Assembly (NCBI RefSeq): GCF_018350175.1
Contig: NC_058369.1
Location: 23,560,001-23,624,000 of the forward strand
DNA length: 64,000 nt
Source of the DNA: Felis catus
Lineage: Eukaryota
Direction: 5' to 3'
Below the pieces are notes generated by a model. The model was given only the letters and a program-made list of their open reading frames with translations. It was not told where the DNA came from and did not search any database. The translations under genes were made by a program, and so were the position numbers. Below, piece by piece: positions 50,191 through 62,923 of the stretch (the first letter of the stretch is position 1; every line of letters begins with the position of its first letter).

Positions 50191-51127
50191 ATAGATTGAC
50201 CTATCACTATCTCTGATTTCATTCTTCTCTATGCATGAGTTGGCCATGAGAATTTCAAATTTCTCTAAAGAAGCAGAGTCTTATTTCCTCACCCCTTGAC
50301 CACAGTCATACTCCTAGAAAGAATGAAAGTCAAGATGCAAAGCCAAGTCCTCTGGTTGTGGGGCCCTTGCTCCCAAGCCCTGAGTCATAGGAGCAGCGGT
50401 CGGTGCCTGCCTTGCAGTCCTGGAAAGCCAAATCCCACAGCAACGTGAATCCCTGGGAAGCTTTGTCAATATTTTCTTAACAACCCTAACTGCACCTGAA
50501 AACAAGAAAACATTACAAACTGAGTTGTTGTTTTTTTTAACACACCAGGAAGTCTAGACACCTGCTTTTGTATATTTTCTGGAGGGGAAAAAATAGACTC
50601 ATTGTATGAAATGTATTTCAGCCATTTGGAGAGGTTTTAGTAAAGATGGGTCACGTTTGCGATTCGGCCATGAGACATAAATGTTTAACACAGGGTCTTC
50701 CTCCTCACCCACTCTTCCCCTACGGATGCTTTGAATAATGCAAAGTCTGTTTTAAGCTCTGCTGATTTACTCAAGAAAAGGATCAGCGTATTTTGAAATA
50801 TTGGTCATACGGTCTAGCGGACGGGAGCATTAAAACACAGGGTAAAACTCAACAAGCTACTTCCTGTCAGCTGCTTCGCAAGACTTCATGGGCTCATAAC
50901 ACTTAATAAAAAAACATGAGCTGTAAATAATACATGATTTCAACTGCATTTTTCATCAAATGAACTAGGCATTTGTGAGACAATTTCGCCCTCGGTGAGG
51001 AGCACGTAAATTCTTTGTGCAGAAGATGTTCATTTCCTGCCCTTCCCTGAGGCCCCACTATGTGCTAGGTGTTTGATTCATATAAAGTAACTGATATGCA
51101 AACAGCCTTGAAAAGGCTGCCTCCATT

Positions 51128-51358
51128 GGGACGCCTGGGTGGCTCAGTCGGCTAAGGATCCGACTTCGGCTCAGGTCATGATCTCGCAGTTCATGAGTTC
51201 AAGCCCCACATCGGGTTCTGTGCTGACAACTCAGAGCCTGGAGCCTGCTTTGGATTCTGGGTCTCCCTCTCTCTTTGCCTCTCCCCCGTTTGTACTCTGT
51301 CTCTCTCTCTCTCAAAAACTAAATAAACAGTAAAAAATTAAAAAAAAAAAAAAAAAAA
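51128..51358 (+). mobile_element. Can-SINE
   Basis: 16 bp TSD GAAAAG(G/C)CTGCCTCCA at 51110-51125 and 51359-51374. Confidence 0.97.
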
Positions 51359-51464
51359 GAAAAGCCTGCCTCCAAAAAAAGGCGATTTCTTGTGGCTCCA
51401 ACTAATAGATATTTTACAGTTAAATCCATGAGGCAGATCCTCTTCCTCTTCCTGGTTCATTAGG

Positions 51465-51610
51465 AGGTCACCTCCATGAGGACAGGAACTCATCAACTTA
51501 TTTACTTCTAAGTCCTTGTGCCTAAAACAGGGCCTGGCACATAGTAGGTACTCATTAATTACTGGATGGATGGATGGATGGATGGATGGATGGATGGATG
51601 GATGAATGTA
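51465..51610 (+). mobile_element. L2 3' terminus with (GGAT)n
   Basis: CCATGAGGACAGGAAC...GGCCTGGCACATAGTAGGTACTCA then (GGAT)n at ~51563-51604. Confidence 0.88.
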
Positions 51611-53659
51611 TGGATTAGACAGACAGGAAGCTAAAACTTAGGGAGGCCATCCAGCAAGGAAGTGGCAAAACCAGGCTTTGAACCCAGATCTGCTGCAAAG
51701 TGTCCCATTCACCAAGCGTACAGTTGGTTAAGGGAGAATGTACCAACTTCCATCTTCATTTCTAGCCCTGTGAGTCACCACGAGTGGCCTTTCTCTAAAA
51801 GTCACACCCTGTGGCCATGGGCAGGAGACCCTGGGACAGCCCATGGCCACACAGCCCTCTCAGGACTTCCCAGGGCCTATGTGTTTGGGACAAGGGAGCA
51901 AAGAGGGCCACCTTGCTAACAAGTGTTCTGCATACCCCTGATGCTGAGGAACGAGAGGGAAGGGACTGGCCAGGGTCTGTAGGGAAGGACAAGGTTACGT
52001 GGGACGAGGTGACTGACATGTAGGGGAGGTTTCACGTGAAGGCATGTGGAGCTGTGTCCACATTACCCCGCGTTGGGCTGCAATGCCTCGTTAAGTGAGG
52101 CCCCCAAGGGTTAACCAGGAAGGTGGAGGGGCACAGCAGGCTGGGGAAAATCAATCTGGAGGAGGAGGAAGACGGGGAAGCAACTCGGGCTGGAATCATT
52201 TTGTTTTATGAATAGTTTATGAGGCGTATCAGGAGTCACACTAACGGGCAAGGGCTGGAATGTTTTCTAACTTTAAAGTGAAAGCCGCCCACCAGGCCAC
52301 GAGTGTGGGAGAGGCAAAATATGAAAAACACGGAGGCCCCTCTCGGCACTGCCCAGCTATCTTGTAAAACATGGATCTCGGGGCTGCACACACTAGAAAT
52401 GTGTCTCTCTCTCTGAATGCTAAAACCGCCTTGGAGTTTTTCACAGCCACCGTGCTCAACTAAATGTTTTCAGGTGACTTATCTCAGCGCCTGAAAAAGT
52501 GTCACGGGGTGGATGGCCCCTGGGGCCGAGAAAGGATCTGGAATGGAGGACCACAGAGCCCGCGGGGTGCCTACCTCTACACCAAGTGCTTTCCGTACTA
52601 AGAATTTTGCACTGGTCACCATGGGGCAAGGAGGAGGTTCACCCAGGGGGAGGCAACCTTGCTGGGGAGGAAGAACACACAAGAAGCCTCAGAAAGGAAT
52701 CTTTATTTGTCTAAATCAGCTCAGTGCCATTAACAGCTCCCTCTCCACCCACAGGCAAAGCCACAGGCGCCCCATAAACTGACCCCTCCATCCGAGGCCT
52801 CAGGGAACACCTCCTCCCTGCCTTCCCCAACCCCTGGGCTCTATCTCACAGGATGGAGCCCACACCCCATGGCTGATCCTCTGGGTCTGGGTTGTTCCTA
52901 TGCCCTCACCCATCCCTGGAACTTATTCCAGCACCATCCCTTGATTCTCCAGGCCAATGTCCGGGATTCCCCTTTGCCCCACTTCCCACAGTCAGCTCCT
53001 ATGCCTAACTGGCTTCTGGACCCAAGCCAGGGTCTGATTGTGGGCCCCTTTCTTGTCTGCAACATGAATTCAGGCATTCGTCAGCAAGATAACGTAAGGG
53101 GCATTTCCATCAGACAAGCTGTGTATCAAGCCCTGGGTTGGCTCTGCACCCTATCACTGGGGGGTACCTTTTCAGCCTCCACCCAGTGACATACTGCCCT
53201 CGCCTCTTGCACTGATGAGCTCTGAAAATCTGGCTCGCCAACACATCCTACTCTCAAACCAGCTCTCTGTCTCTTGTCCCTCAGCAGAAATTCAAGTCAA
53301 CACTTCGTCTGATAAGGTTTTCTCTCACTGGTAGTTGAAAGGTTTTACCCTTCCCAGAAAGGTTGGGCAGTTACCCTGAGGGTCAGATATATTTCTTGGT
53401 GTCCCTCCAGTCACACCTATTCTGCCCCTGAACACAATGTTTTGTTTGTTTGTTTGTTTGTTTGTTTGTCTGTTTACTTTTCCTGTAAGGTGAAGTTAAT
53501 ATATCTATCTGGGGAGATTCTGGTATCCCTCACAGCTCACTCTGGGATGTTGTTTGCACAAAATCCCTGTAGGGAATGGATATTAGGATATTAGTGAGGA
53601 TATTAAACATGGTATTTGGCCAGGGGGTTCATAGATATCCAATCCTGCTTGCTTTCTTG

Positions 53660-53900
53660 TTTCATTCATTTCCTATTCAAAATTAATGACTACTTGCCAT
53701 GTATCACAGCCAGTTCTGTACAATAAAACAGCAGCAAAAAAAAAACAAAAACAAAAACAAAAAACCCTCCAGATGAGGTAAAAGTTCCTGTGGAGTTCAC
53801 AGCTTAGTGAGGGGAGAGAAACATCAAGCGGGTTCACAAGTGATTATAATCATGTAGGAAAGTAACAAGTCCATGAAGACAATAATGACATTGAGAATGA
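53660..53900 (-). mobile_element. L2 3' fragment
   Basis: TTCATTCATT...GGAGTTCACAGCTTAGTGAGGGGAGA. Confidence 0.6.
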
Positions 53901-54959
53901 AAGGTGAAGGTAGAAGGATGAAGAGTGGAAGAAGTTTACTTATAATCACAGAGAGTAAAGCAAGGAAAATCAACCCTACTTTCTGGAATCTTTGGTCTCC
54001 AAACCCAATACAAAGTCCTAGAGAGTTAGTCTGAACTCTGGGGGAAAAAAACCCTTTCCCTGAAGAGGGCCAGTCTGAATGGACAAACAGCATTCTACTG
54101 GAAAGACCAAACCCAGGTACTGACATTGGCATTTCAGTGTAAGGAAAGGAAGAGCTCAGCTGCCAGTAACAAAGGACTGAGGTGCTGAATGAGAAAGGGT
54201 GTGTGGGTGTGCATGTCCACATAACTGGCCTCCCCCACATGGAAGCTGCTGGAGGGTGAGAGAGTGCCCTTCCCAACCTTCCCAGCTACAGACCAGGATA
54301 GTGGGACCACCCACAGCAGCTGTTGGGCACCTTCCTATCATGGAAAAGCCAATACTTCCCCCGCCAGAAGCTGACATATGGACAGATCCCAGCAGGAGGG
54401 TGCGGGCATATAGTGAGCCTTGGAATTTGGGGATGTTCTCAAGTCCTTTACGCTAATCCAGTTTGCCTCCTAATATAGGTAACCGTGGAAGTGGTCATAC
54501 ACTGAGAGAGATGGGGTTGGAATGAAGTGGTAGATGCCAGGAAAGTGTGGAAATAGCTTGAGTCAAGGGCGTAAGTCTGACCCCAGGTGAAGGAGGCTGA
54601 AAGGTTGTTAGGCTTATATTTCTGTGTTAAGCTCATATTTCTGTGTATATTAGGGGCACAGTCTGTGCCCCTAATGAAAACTTCATTGTAGAAGACAAAC
54701 TATGTTCTAGAAAGGGTTCAGTGAATATACAGCTATGATAAACCTTGTAGAGACAGCACAGAGAGATTTACTGTAAACTTACTAGAAAATAACAGGTAGC
54801 AAAGCTATTTCTTTTAGGAAGGAGGAGACACTAAGAAACAGACCAAAGCAGAAAAAAAATCAAGAAATTCTAGGAACAAGAGGGAATGGGTTTTCAAATT
54901 CTGGTGATCTAGGGCTGAGAGGAAGTAATCAAAGGATCTACTCATCAATATAGTTGCCA

Positions 54960-55220
54960 TAATATTCATAATGGCAGCCTGTGACATTTGTTTTTGCTAG
55001 GTACTAGGTGCTAGGTACCACACTAATGGTTTAATACACATCAAATCTTGTGACAATCCTTGACAAATCTTCATGACAATCCTTGAAGAGAGGTATTATG
55101 ATTTTCAAGATGCTTCTAGAAGGGACAACTGACTTTCAGATAATTTGAGTAACTCTCCCGAGATCACACAGCTGCTAAGCGGCACAGACACTTCCAAACC
55201 CAAACCTTCTGGCTTTGGAG
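54960..55220 (-). mobile_element. MIR
   Basis: GACAATCCTTGAAGAGAGGTATTAT...GAGATCACACAGCTGCTAAGCGGCA. Confidence 0.7.
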
Positions 55221-57015
55221 TTACAGGAAAGCAATGGCCCCACCCAGCAGGATCTGGTGACCACTTATAGAGAATCACCGAAGGGCCTGATGGACCAGAG
55301 CTTCCCAGGTCCTGCCAGACATGGGAATCAGACCCATAGATGATTGTTGAACACCCTCTGACTTTGAGAATGAGCAGATTCTGATTGGTAGATTGTACTG
55401 GTTGGAACAGAGGGAAGCTAGTGGTTCCTAAGAATCCAAGAGCTGGATTGTTAAAAAAAAAAAAATAACAACAACACTTTGAGAAGAGATGGGGCACAAG
55501 AGAAGCTCTGGAGAAGTCTGAAAGGACCCATTTGCCCAACAGGGCTAATGGACGTTCACCTGGCTGTGACTAGGGTAAACAAAGACTCTCCCCCTGCTCT
55601 CTCCAGAGACCCACTCCACAGCCAGAAGTCAGGGGGGTGGTTAGGAGGGATCTGTGCACAGAGGAAAGCAGATGAGACACAGACTGCTCAGAACTATGGT
55701 CCCCAACTCAGCAGAGTTCAGTTTCAGGGAGAAGGAGACAGAGGAATGGAGACAGGGCTGGGGATGCTGGAGGTGAACTCTGCTCCCCCTGCACTCCCCT
55801 GCAGCCACTGAGGGCGAGATCCGTCGCAGCATGGATGAAATAGCACAGCTTGATTTCCTAGGAAGAGGGGCGCAAATGTCTTCTGCTGTCCTTATGACTT
55901 CTTTTGAGAAAGGCGAACTACTGAAAGGGCCTTCCTAGTTCCTGGCACTTTCTTATTCCCAGGCTCTCATGTTAGAGGGGTCTCGCCCTGACTCTGCCTC
56001 TGTGAGCCCTATACAATGTTCTTTGTGCCAGCGGCTTCATCAAAGAAGAGAACCTCCACCGGGCGACCTTAGTGTGAAGGCAGGAGGCACAGTCAGGGTG
56101 ACGAGGGAGTGGGCTTTCATCTTCCTACAGAAGGGGTTGCCTTTGCTCTGCTCCTGCTTGCCTCTCTGGGGGCTTTGGATTGAAGAGTAGGTCATTGTGG
56201 AGGAGGGTCCACCACCCCTCAGCTGTTAGGTCCTAGTGCATGGACACTTAGGGATGAGTGAACAGGCCCTCAGGCCTCAGCCCTTTGAAGCCCCCCACCC
56301 CAGCAAGGAGTTGGAGGTCTGACTGTTCCTCTCTGGGGGGGGGGGGAAGCAGGGCCCAAAGACCCTCACCCCTGCCCTCAGAACACTGGGGCTCTTTTTT
56401 CATTCTCACCAAGTTGGGAGGAAACTTCCCAGTTTAAAGGAGAGATATTTTGTGGGCATGGCCAAGGACAAACACACCTGGCCAGGATAAAAGCTGCCAA
56501 TTGGCAGAGTTGTTCCAGCAAGAGCACTTCAGTTAGTCACTGACACATGGACACATACACCCAGGCACACTCATGCACCCTGCCCTCAAGGGGCACACCT
56601 CATGACCCAGACCAGCTATATGCAGGATGAGAAGACTCATAAATGAGACTGGATGCTCACTGATGGGATGAAGTGTGTGCAGGGTCACCCGGCAGGGACC
56701 AGACCTTGGTATGGGCATTTGGTAGAACAACCTAAGGAGTGGGCAGATTTCCCCAGAGGTGGTCCCAGCTCTCCAGTGGCCACACTCCAGCTGCTATGCA
56801 CCATTGGAAGAGAATCCCATGGGCACTCCAAGTTACCCCGCAAAAATGCCTCAGCCCATAACTGAGCTCAAATATTTGTCCACTCAGACTCAATTAACTC
56901 TCTGGTGCAGCATAAAGTGCCCAGCCGGCTCTTTTCAGATGCAGCCTCCTCATTGTAGAGGGGGCTTTATGTTTATGTCTCCCTAAGAGGCTGAAGCTAT
57001 CCTTAAAAATAAGTG

Positions 57016-57042
57016 CGTGTATGTGTGCATTTGCATGTGTGT

Positions 57043-57091
<49 letters not shown>
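57016..57091. repeat. (TG)n microsatellite
   Basis: Degenerate then perfect TG repeat. Confidence 0.97.
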
Positions 57092-57092
<1 letters not shown>

Positions 57093-58589
57093 TGGGGGGT
57101 GGGTGGTGAATGAGGAGGAGAGAAGAAAAGGAGAGAGAGAAACAGAGGCACAAAGGCAGACCAAAAGATGGACATTCACCATGCTGACATTTCCAGAAAT
57201 GGCCCACACTCTGACAAACCCAGCACAGCAAATCAAACCAAATCCAGACGTTTCCAAGGAGAGCAGTGCATGTGGTCACCACAGAAACAAGGCTGTACAC
57301 AGCAGAGTTAATCCTCTTCACACAGCACACCTGCAACTTTTCCACAGCGTGTGTTGTTTGGTTTTGCACACCCACCCCCAATGAGCATTTGAATTAATAT
57401 AAACATTTCTTAGCTGGTCCTTATGGCAACAGCAGCAATATGGTAGGAGGGACATACTCAGACAAAGACTGGCATAATGCCTTCTTTGTGTCGTCCTTCC
57501 CAGGGGAGCAGGGACAGTGAGACCATCCAAGAGGGTTCTGGGGTGGTCCACCAGTTCAGGGGTGGCTTGGGCTTGTGTAAGATTGGGGCAAAAGACAGGG
57601 GTGTGCTCAATGACCCTGTGTCTGTAACATTTGGAAGGGGAACTTCCGCATGATGGAAACGTGAGGGTGGCCAGGAGCATTGCTTTTGCCAAAAGTGATG
57701 CATTCACAGAAAAGCAAGAACAGATACAGGAGAGAGGATATGGGGGGGGGGGGGGCGTGGGCAGCAAGCAGAGCCAGTGTGGGAGTAGGGAGGCTGGAAA
57801 CCCAGGAGAAAAGCAAAAGTTTTCATCAGCAGGAATAGGGAGGAAAACTCAGTATCAGAAAATACAAGGCTAGTGATAACCAGTGTGTGTTTTTGCCGTG
57901 GCTGATGGGGGCAGAAATCTTCCCTGCAGAGGCAGGAAGTATCAAAGATAAGACCGCAGAACTGAAATGTCTACGAATGCTGATGATGGCTCAGTTACCT
58001 GTACAACTGAACTCCTCCCTTTTACCATGCTGTCCATCACTTGCTGGTCACCTAAGGTGCTGGCAGTACACAGTGAATATATGAAAATGATTGACATGTA
58101 ATCTGTAATCTCCCTTCTCTCTTCTTCTCTCCCTCTTTCCCTCTCCCTCTCAACGAGAAAATTTTATTCAAGTACATATACATTGCAGGGGATGGAAAAC
58201 AAAAAAGGAAGCTACAGTCCAGGATCCCAAGTTACGCCTTCCACTGCACTAACAATCTGTACCAAATAACCTTTATTTAAAAGCATTCCTCCATTCAGTT
58301 AACACGTACAATAGAAAACCACCATAGCTTGCCAGCAATCTAGGAGCCTTACAGAAAAGTCAGGTCCACTTGTCAGAGGCATTATTGGAAAAAATTCTTC
58401 TTGCATAAAGACTCCTTTCACAAATTTGTATAGATCTACTTGGAATCATCAAAAGGTCAGAGAGCATCAGGAAAGGGTCAAAGAGTCAAATGGTATGATA
58501 AGCCCTATAATTTTAGTACAAAGCACAGAGGAGCTGGGGACATGGGTGGGAGTGCCTTTCCTCCAGACAAGGGTGTTCGAGAGGGCAGT

Positions 58590-58900
58590 AGTTGGCCAAA
58601 GCATCCCATAGGAAGTGTGGTACAGCTTAGTCCTAAAGGATGAGCTCAGTTGACCCAGTAAAGAGGATACAGTTTTGACACAGGGTGTTCCAGGTGGAAG
58701 GGAAATGACACAGCCAAAGGCTCAGAGGTTGGGGAGAACTTGGTATGTTGACGAAATGGTATGTTGATGAAACAGTTCAACAAAGGGGATAATATTCATG
58801 AGGTGGTGGCGATGGTAAAAGTTGAACACACAGGCCAGGTTATGAAGGGCCCCATCAGACATCATAAGGTGTTTGGGTCTGGTCCTAAGAGAAGGAAACT
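58590..58900 (-). mobile_element. L2 fragment
   Basis: GTGTTCCAGGTGGAAGGGAA...CAAAGGCTCAGAGG, GGCCAGGTTATGAAGGGCC. Confidence 0.75.
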
Positions 58901-59494
58901 ACTGTTCTAACTTCACTGGTGGGATAGAGACCAGGATGTTCCAACTGGGCTGCATAAGTGGCCTTATAGAAGAGGTAGCAAAGCTAGAGGGAAGGTGGAA
59001 TTGTCTACAAACGTGGTTTCCTCTGCTCTTTTCACACTGAAAATTTCAGGCCAAAGAGAAATAAGCCAATTGCCTGCAGGGCTGTGAAGTCACTAGTGTT
59101 TTCCCTCCATTTCATTTGGCAGCCTCTTGGGAGAAGGAAAGCACTTATTATGCTGGAGGGGAAGAATGGGCCCCTGGGCATTCCATTTGGAAGCCATCTT
59201 ATATAATGATGTGGAATACCTGATGGGCACGGCTGAAGATGGGTTTAATCAATGGAGTGATTGAAGCAGCCGGGCAGGCTCTGTGTGATCTCTGGGAGGT
59301 ATCAACAGGGAGCAATGCTGAGGTTTGTGTGTGTGCACTGATGGGCTCAATCTCTTCTCTCTCATTCCCTTCACTGGCTCAGATCCAGGATGTTAAGGAC
59401 TCAGTGGGAGGTCATGGTGAGGGGTGAGGACCATCTTAAAGCATGTGCCACACCATTACCAAGCCATGGACCAAGAGTGAGAAATTCTAGCTCA

Positions 59495-59720
59495 AAATCT
59501 GGAGTCCAGGATATCTGGATTGTAATGTCAGCTTTGCCCCTTGCAAACTCAATGAGTCTGGCACATTGACTTTACATCTTAACTCAGCATCTCCACCCAT
59601 GAAGCTCAGTTTATCTTACTCTTTCAAAGAGGTATATATGGTGAGAGTCAAATATGATAGTGCACATGAAGTGCTTAGCATGGGACCCTGCTCAGTCAAC
59701 ACTCAATAAGTGATAGATAA
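59495..59720 (+). mobile_element. MIR
   Basis: TCTGGAGTCCAG...GTGAGAGTCAAATATGAT...AAGTGCTTAGCA...CTCAATAA. Confidence 0.7.
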
Positions 59721-60439
59721 CTACCGTCGTTACTGTTATCAGTAGTAGCAGTTTTAGTATTAAATGAGTATTCATTCAAGTATTCCTAAGACTGGGAGAC
59801 CCACATTTACTAACTTAGATGCTTGGCTGCACAAGCAAATACTGATGGAACCACCCTGGATTTTGCCTACGTGATGCCAAGAGAGCTGGGAAAGCCATGT
59901 AAAACCACACACCAGTCACATCAGCAATCAGTACCAGTAGGCAGCAGTGAGATTGCTGGAGACTAAGTTTTCACTTTCTGACTGGCAGTGGTGGTATTAG
60001 AGTACAGCATGAAACAGAGTTGTGTGAAGTGGTCAAACATGGAAAACATCTTTTCACAAATCCTGGGCAACCACGCACTGTGATGAACGGCAGAGTGAAA
60101 AAGAGCCACACCAGGAGTTGGGGGGGGGTGTCTTCCCAAATGCATCAACTTTTCACACAACTCAGCACGCGGTGAGGTCTTTGTGGTGCCGGGAACCCAC
60201 ATATGATGTGTGTCATGAGGCAAGAACAAAGATCGGACTTTTATAGGCTTTGGCTTCCTGCATGTTTATGGTGTATACAAACGGGAGCTGCTGAGAAGCT
60301 AAACCCGTGAAACAGTCCACCTAAGAATCAGAGACCTGGGACCAGCATGGAGACAATGTCTGTTAGAGATGCCACAAGAGGGAAAGATTAGTAAGACACA
60401 GCACAGTGTTTCAATGTAGATGACTCCTTACAGCTTATC

Positions 60440-60765
60440 TAACTTTACCAAACTGGAATCATGCCATGCTTGCTATATGGTGTCATGCCATTTTTACTTA
60501 AAAACATATTTTTGGACAGCCTTACATATCAATAAAGGTGCAACTATCCCCTTATTTTAGAGGTGCATAGGGTTCTATTGTAGGGTGCAAATAACTTTTG
60601 CTTAAATGTAAATTACTACCTAGTGTTTTAGTCAGGATGGGTATAAATTATGCTGCAGTAACAAACAACTCCAAAACCCTAGTGCTTTATAACAGTCAAT
60701 AGTCAAACATTGTGACATTTTACCAACATGCACTTCAGAGAGATTATACCAATTCATATTCCCAA
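60440..60765 (-). mobile_element. L1ME fragment with a short LTR33-like piece (~60624-60693)
   Basis: TTTTACTTAAAACATATTTTTGGACA; TGTTTTAGTCAGGATGGG..TTATGCTGCAGTAACAAACAACTCCAAAA. Confidence 0.55.
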
Positions 60766-61034
60766 AGGTGATCCAGGACAGCTACCCATTTCCCCCACAC
60801 TTTTATGTTTTAGGAAGAAAGAGGGCAAGAGCAGGTCATTTAAAATCATGTACTTTGCAAAGGCATTTAGTTGATGCCCTCCCCTCAGCCTCATGTCCTA
60901 CCTTCTTCCCACCCAAAGAATCCCAGATGTTCTCCCAGGAAAGCCTCTGTACAGACACTGATCTGTCTATTAATTATACTGTGTCATGTTGCTTCCAAAC
61001 TTGGATTCAAGAATGATTCCCAGAAGGGCTATCT

Positions 61035-61150
61035 TCCTTGTGGGATGTAGACTCTCCCACTCTATTCCCCCACACCAAGCGTATACGTGCCTCCTTGTGG
61101 GATGTAGACTCTCCCACTCTATTCCCCCACACCAAGCGTATACGTGCCTC
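61035..61150. repeat. Perfect 57 bp tandem duplication
   Basis: TCCTTGTGGGATGTAGACTCTCCCACTCTATTCCCCCACACCAAGCGTATACGTGCC at 61035-61091 and 61092-61148. Confidence 0.99.
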
Positions 61151-61689
61151 TTCTAGCCTGCAAGACATTTATTTTCATAGCTTTGTCATTAGCTCTGTGC
61201 AAAGCTCTAAGTAGGGAAGATGATAATGAAGAGGAAAAGATGATGTAACATTCTTTAGAAGCCACCTCCCTTGCAGTCTGAAGTTTTAATTACTGTTGAT
61301 GAAATGGTCTTAGTTCTGAGAAGAGATGCTCCTGGCTTATTTGACCTGTACATGGCCATGAGAAGACAGAATGTAGCCAATTGGGCTACTGAAGAGTCAT
61401 AAGAAAATCATTTTGCCAGCTCATACCTATCTGTCCACACAAGCACTGAGAGTGCTCCCAGCTACGGTGACATTTTCCAGGAACCAGACACAGGCTCATG
61501 TTTTCTAGAGTTGTGACAACTGGTGGACCTCCATTGTGTTTCTTCCAACCATTGCCAAAGCTCACCTCACTGGGACTGGCAGGAAGCCGGCTACCTAAGA
61601 CTTGGCCTCCACTCTCCCTCCAGATGGCTTTCACCTTCTCTTTTAGTTACAGTGCATAAGTTTGAATCCCAATTTATCAGAGCCCAAGA

Positions 61690-61890
61690 AGCATAGACTC
61701 AGAAAAACTAGAGTTTCAACCTCAGCTGTTCTGCTTCCCAATGGTGAACTCAGTGAGTTGTTCTTCCTGAGCCTCACCCTGTAAAACATGGATTATAGTA
61801 TCTCTCCTGTTAGTTGGTATCAGATTAAATGAGGTTATGATGTAAAACACAGTACCAGATACAGAGTAAAACACTGAACCATTATTACAG
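61690..61890 (+). mobile_element. MIR
   Basis: CTGAGCCTCA..CTGTAAAA...GATTAAATGAGGTTATGATGTAAAACAC. Confidence 0.8.
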
Positions 61891-62119
61891 TGTCCTACAA
61901 CCTGTGTCCACAATCTCTACTCTAAGCCTGGCCTCATCACCTCACCTCAAAACTGGTATAATTGACTCCTTTTGGCTTTATCTGTCTCTGCTCTCATCTC
62001 TCAAATGGTGAATACCCACTAGAGAGATCTGTCATTCATTCATTTACTCATTCATTCATTCATTCAGTTCTTCCATTTTATTTTGTGGGAACCCATTTAG
62101 CCTACCAGTTAGTTTTGTC

Positions 62120-62465
62120 ATCTGGTAGACCCAGTTTGGTTTCTTGGACCTGCCAGTCATCTAACCTTGGGGAAGCTACTGGAATTAATCAGCCCAAGTT
62201 TCCTTGGCTAAAATAAGAAAAATAAGATCCACCACATTAGGAAGTAGCTCTAAAATTTGAGTTTGTGTAAAATCCATCTGGAAGTTTGTTTAAATGAAGA
62301 TTCCTGGGCAAGATCTGGGGTAGAGATGAAATAACCTTATCTGTAATCAACCTTCCATGTGATGCACTATCATATTTTGAGAAGCTTGCCATGAAGATAC
62401 AGTTAGGTGCTTCCGTCAAGGTCTTAGTTCAGTGCTTTGCATCTAGTAGGTGCTGTTAGCATTCA
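62120..62465 (+). mobile_element. MIR interrupted by MER5A (~62242-62390)
   Basis: AACCTTGGGGAAG..CAAGTTTCCT; AAATGAAGATTCCTGGGC...TTTTGAGAAGC; tail CAGTGCTTTGCATCTAGTAGGTGCT. Confidence 0.6.
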
Positions 62466-62479
62466 ACAGACTTCTGAAC

Positions 62480-62600
62480 CAGTCAAAAAATGTGTTGAGC
62501 CCCTCAGATGTGCAAGGCACTGTGGTAGATATAATACATCAATAACCCAGAAGGATGCATCCTGCCAGCAAGTCTAGAAGGGCAGGCAGACATTGAATAC
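62480..62600 (-). mobile_element. L2 3' fragment
   Basis: AATGTGTTGAGCCCCT..ATGTGCAAGGCACTGTGGTAG. Confidence 0.7.
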
Positions 62601-62718
62601 TTTAAGAATCACACAAAAAAGAAAGAGTAGGTTTCTCTAAATCACTAGGGAAAAGATCCAGACATCTCTCTTCCGGCATTGTCTCCCATTTTAAGACCAC
62701 CTTCCTAAACCATGCAGG

Positions 62719-62923
62719 CAGTGGTGTGCTGAAGACAGCTCATACCAGCTAGGGAGAGCCCCATTATTCAATATATTTTTCAAATTTTGTGAGCTGAGTG
62801 ACTTCTCATTGATAATTGCCTGTATTGGGAATACTACACCATGGAAATCCAGAAACATCACAAATCAGTGCTCTCCTCCCAAACCCAAAAGCCAGTTGTT
62901 AAGTGCTCAGTAGTACACCATGG
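62719..62923. mobile_element. MER63-like hAT-Blackjack MITE
   Basis: CAGTGGTGTGCTG start, GAGAGCC and GCCAGTTGTTAA internal motifs, TAGTACACCATGG end; 8 bp TSD CATGCAGG / CACACAGG. Confidence 0.75.

Noticed and set aside
5836-52636. Shared peptide VTMGQGGG in ORFs 5681-5866(-) and 52513-52782(+)
   Set aside because: Only ~20 bp of imperfect GC-rich similarity with no flanking homology; consistent with chance
53900-54560. Possible ancient LTR remnant
   Set aside because: I could not match diagnostic termini or a TSD from the sequence alone
58741-58772. 16 bp tandem TGGTATGTTGA(C/T)GAAA and similar micro-duplications near 41771 and 55042
   Set aside because: Ordinary slippage duplications in or beside old repeats
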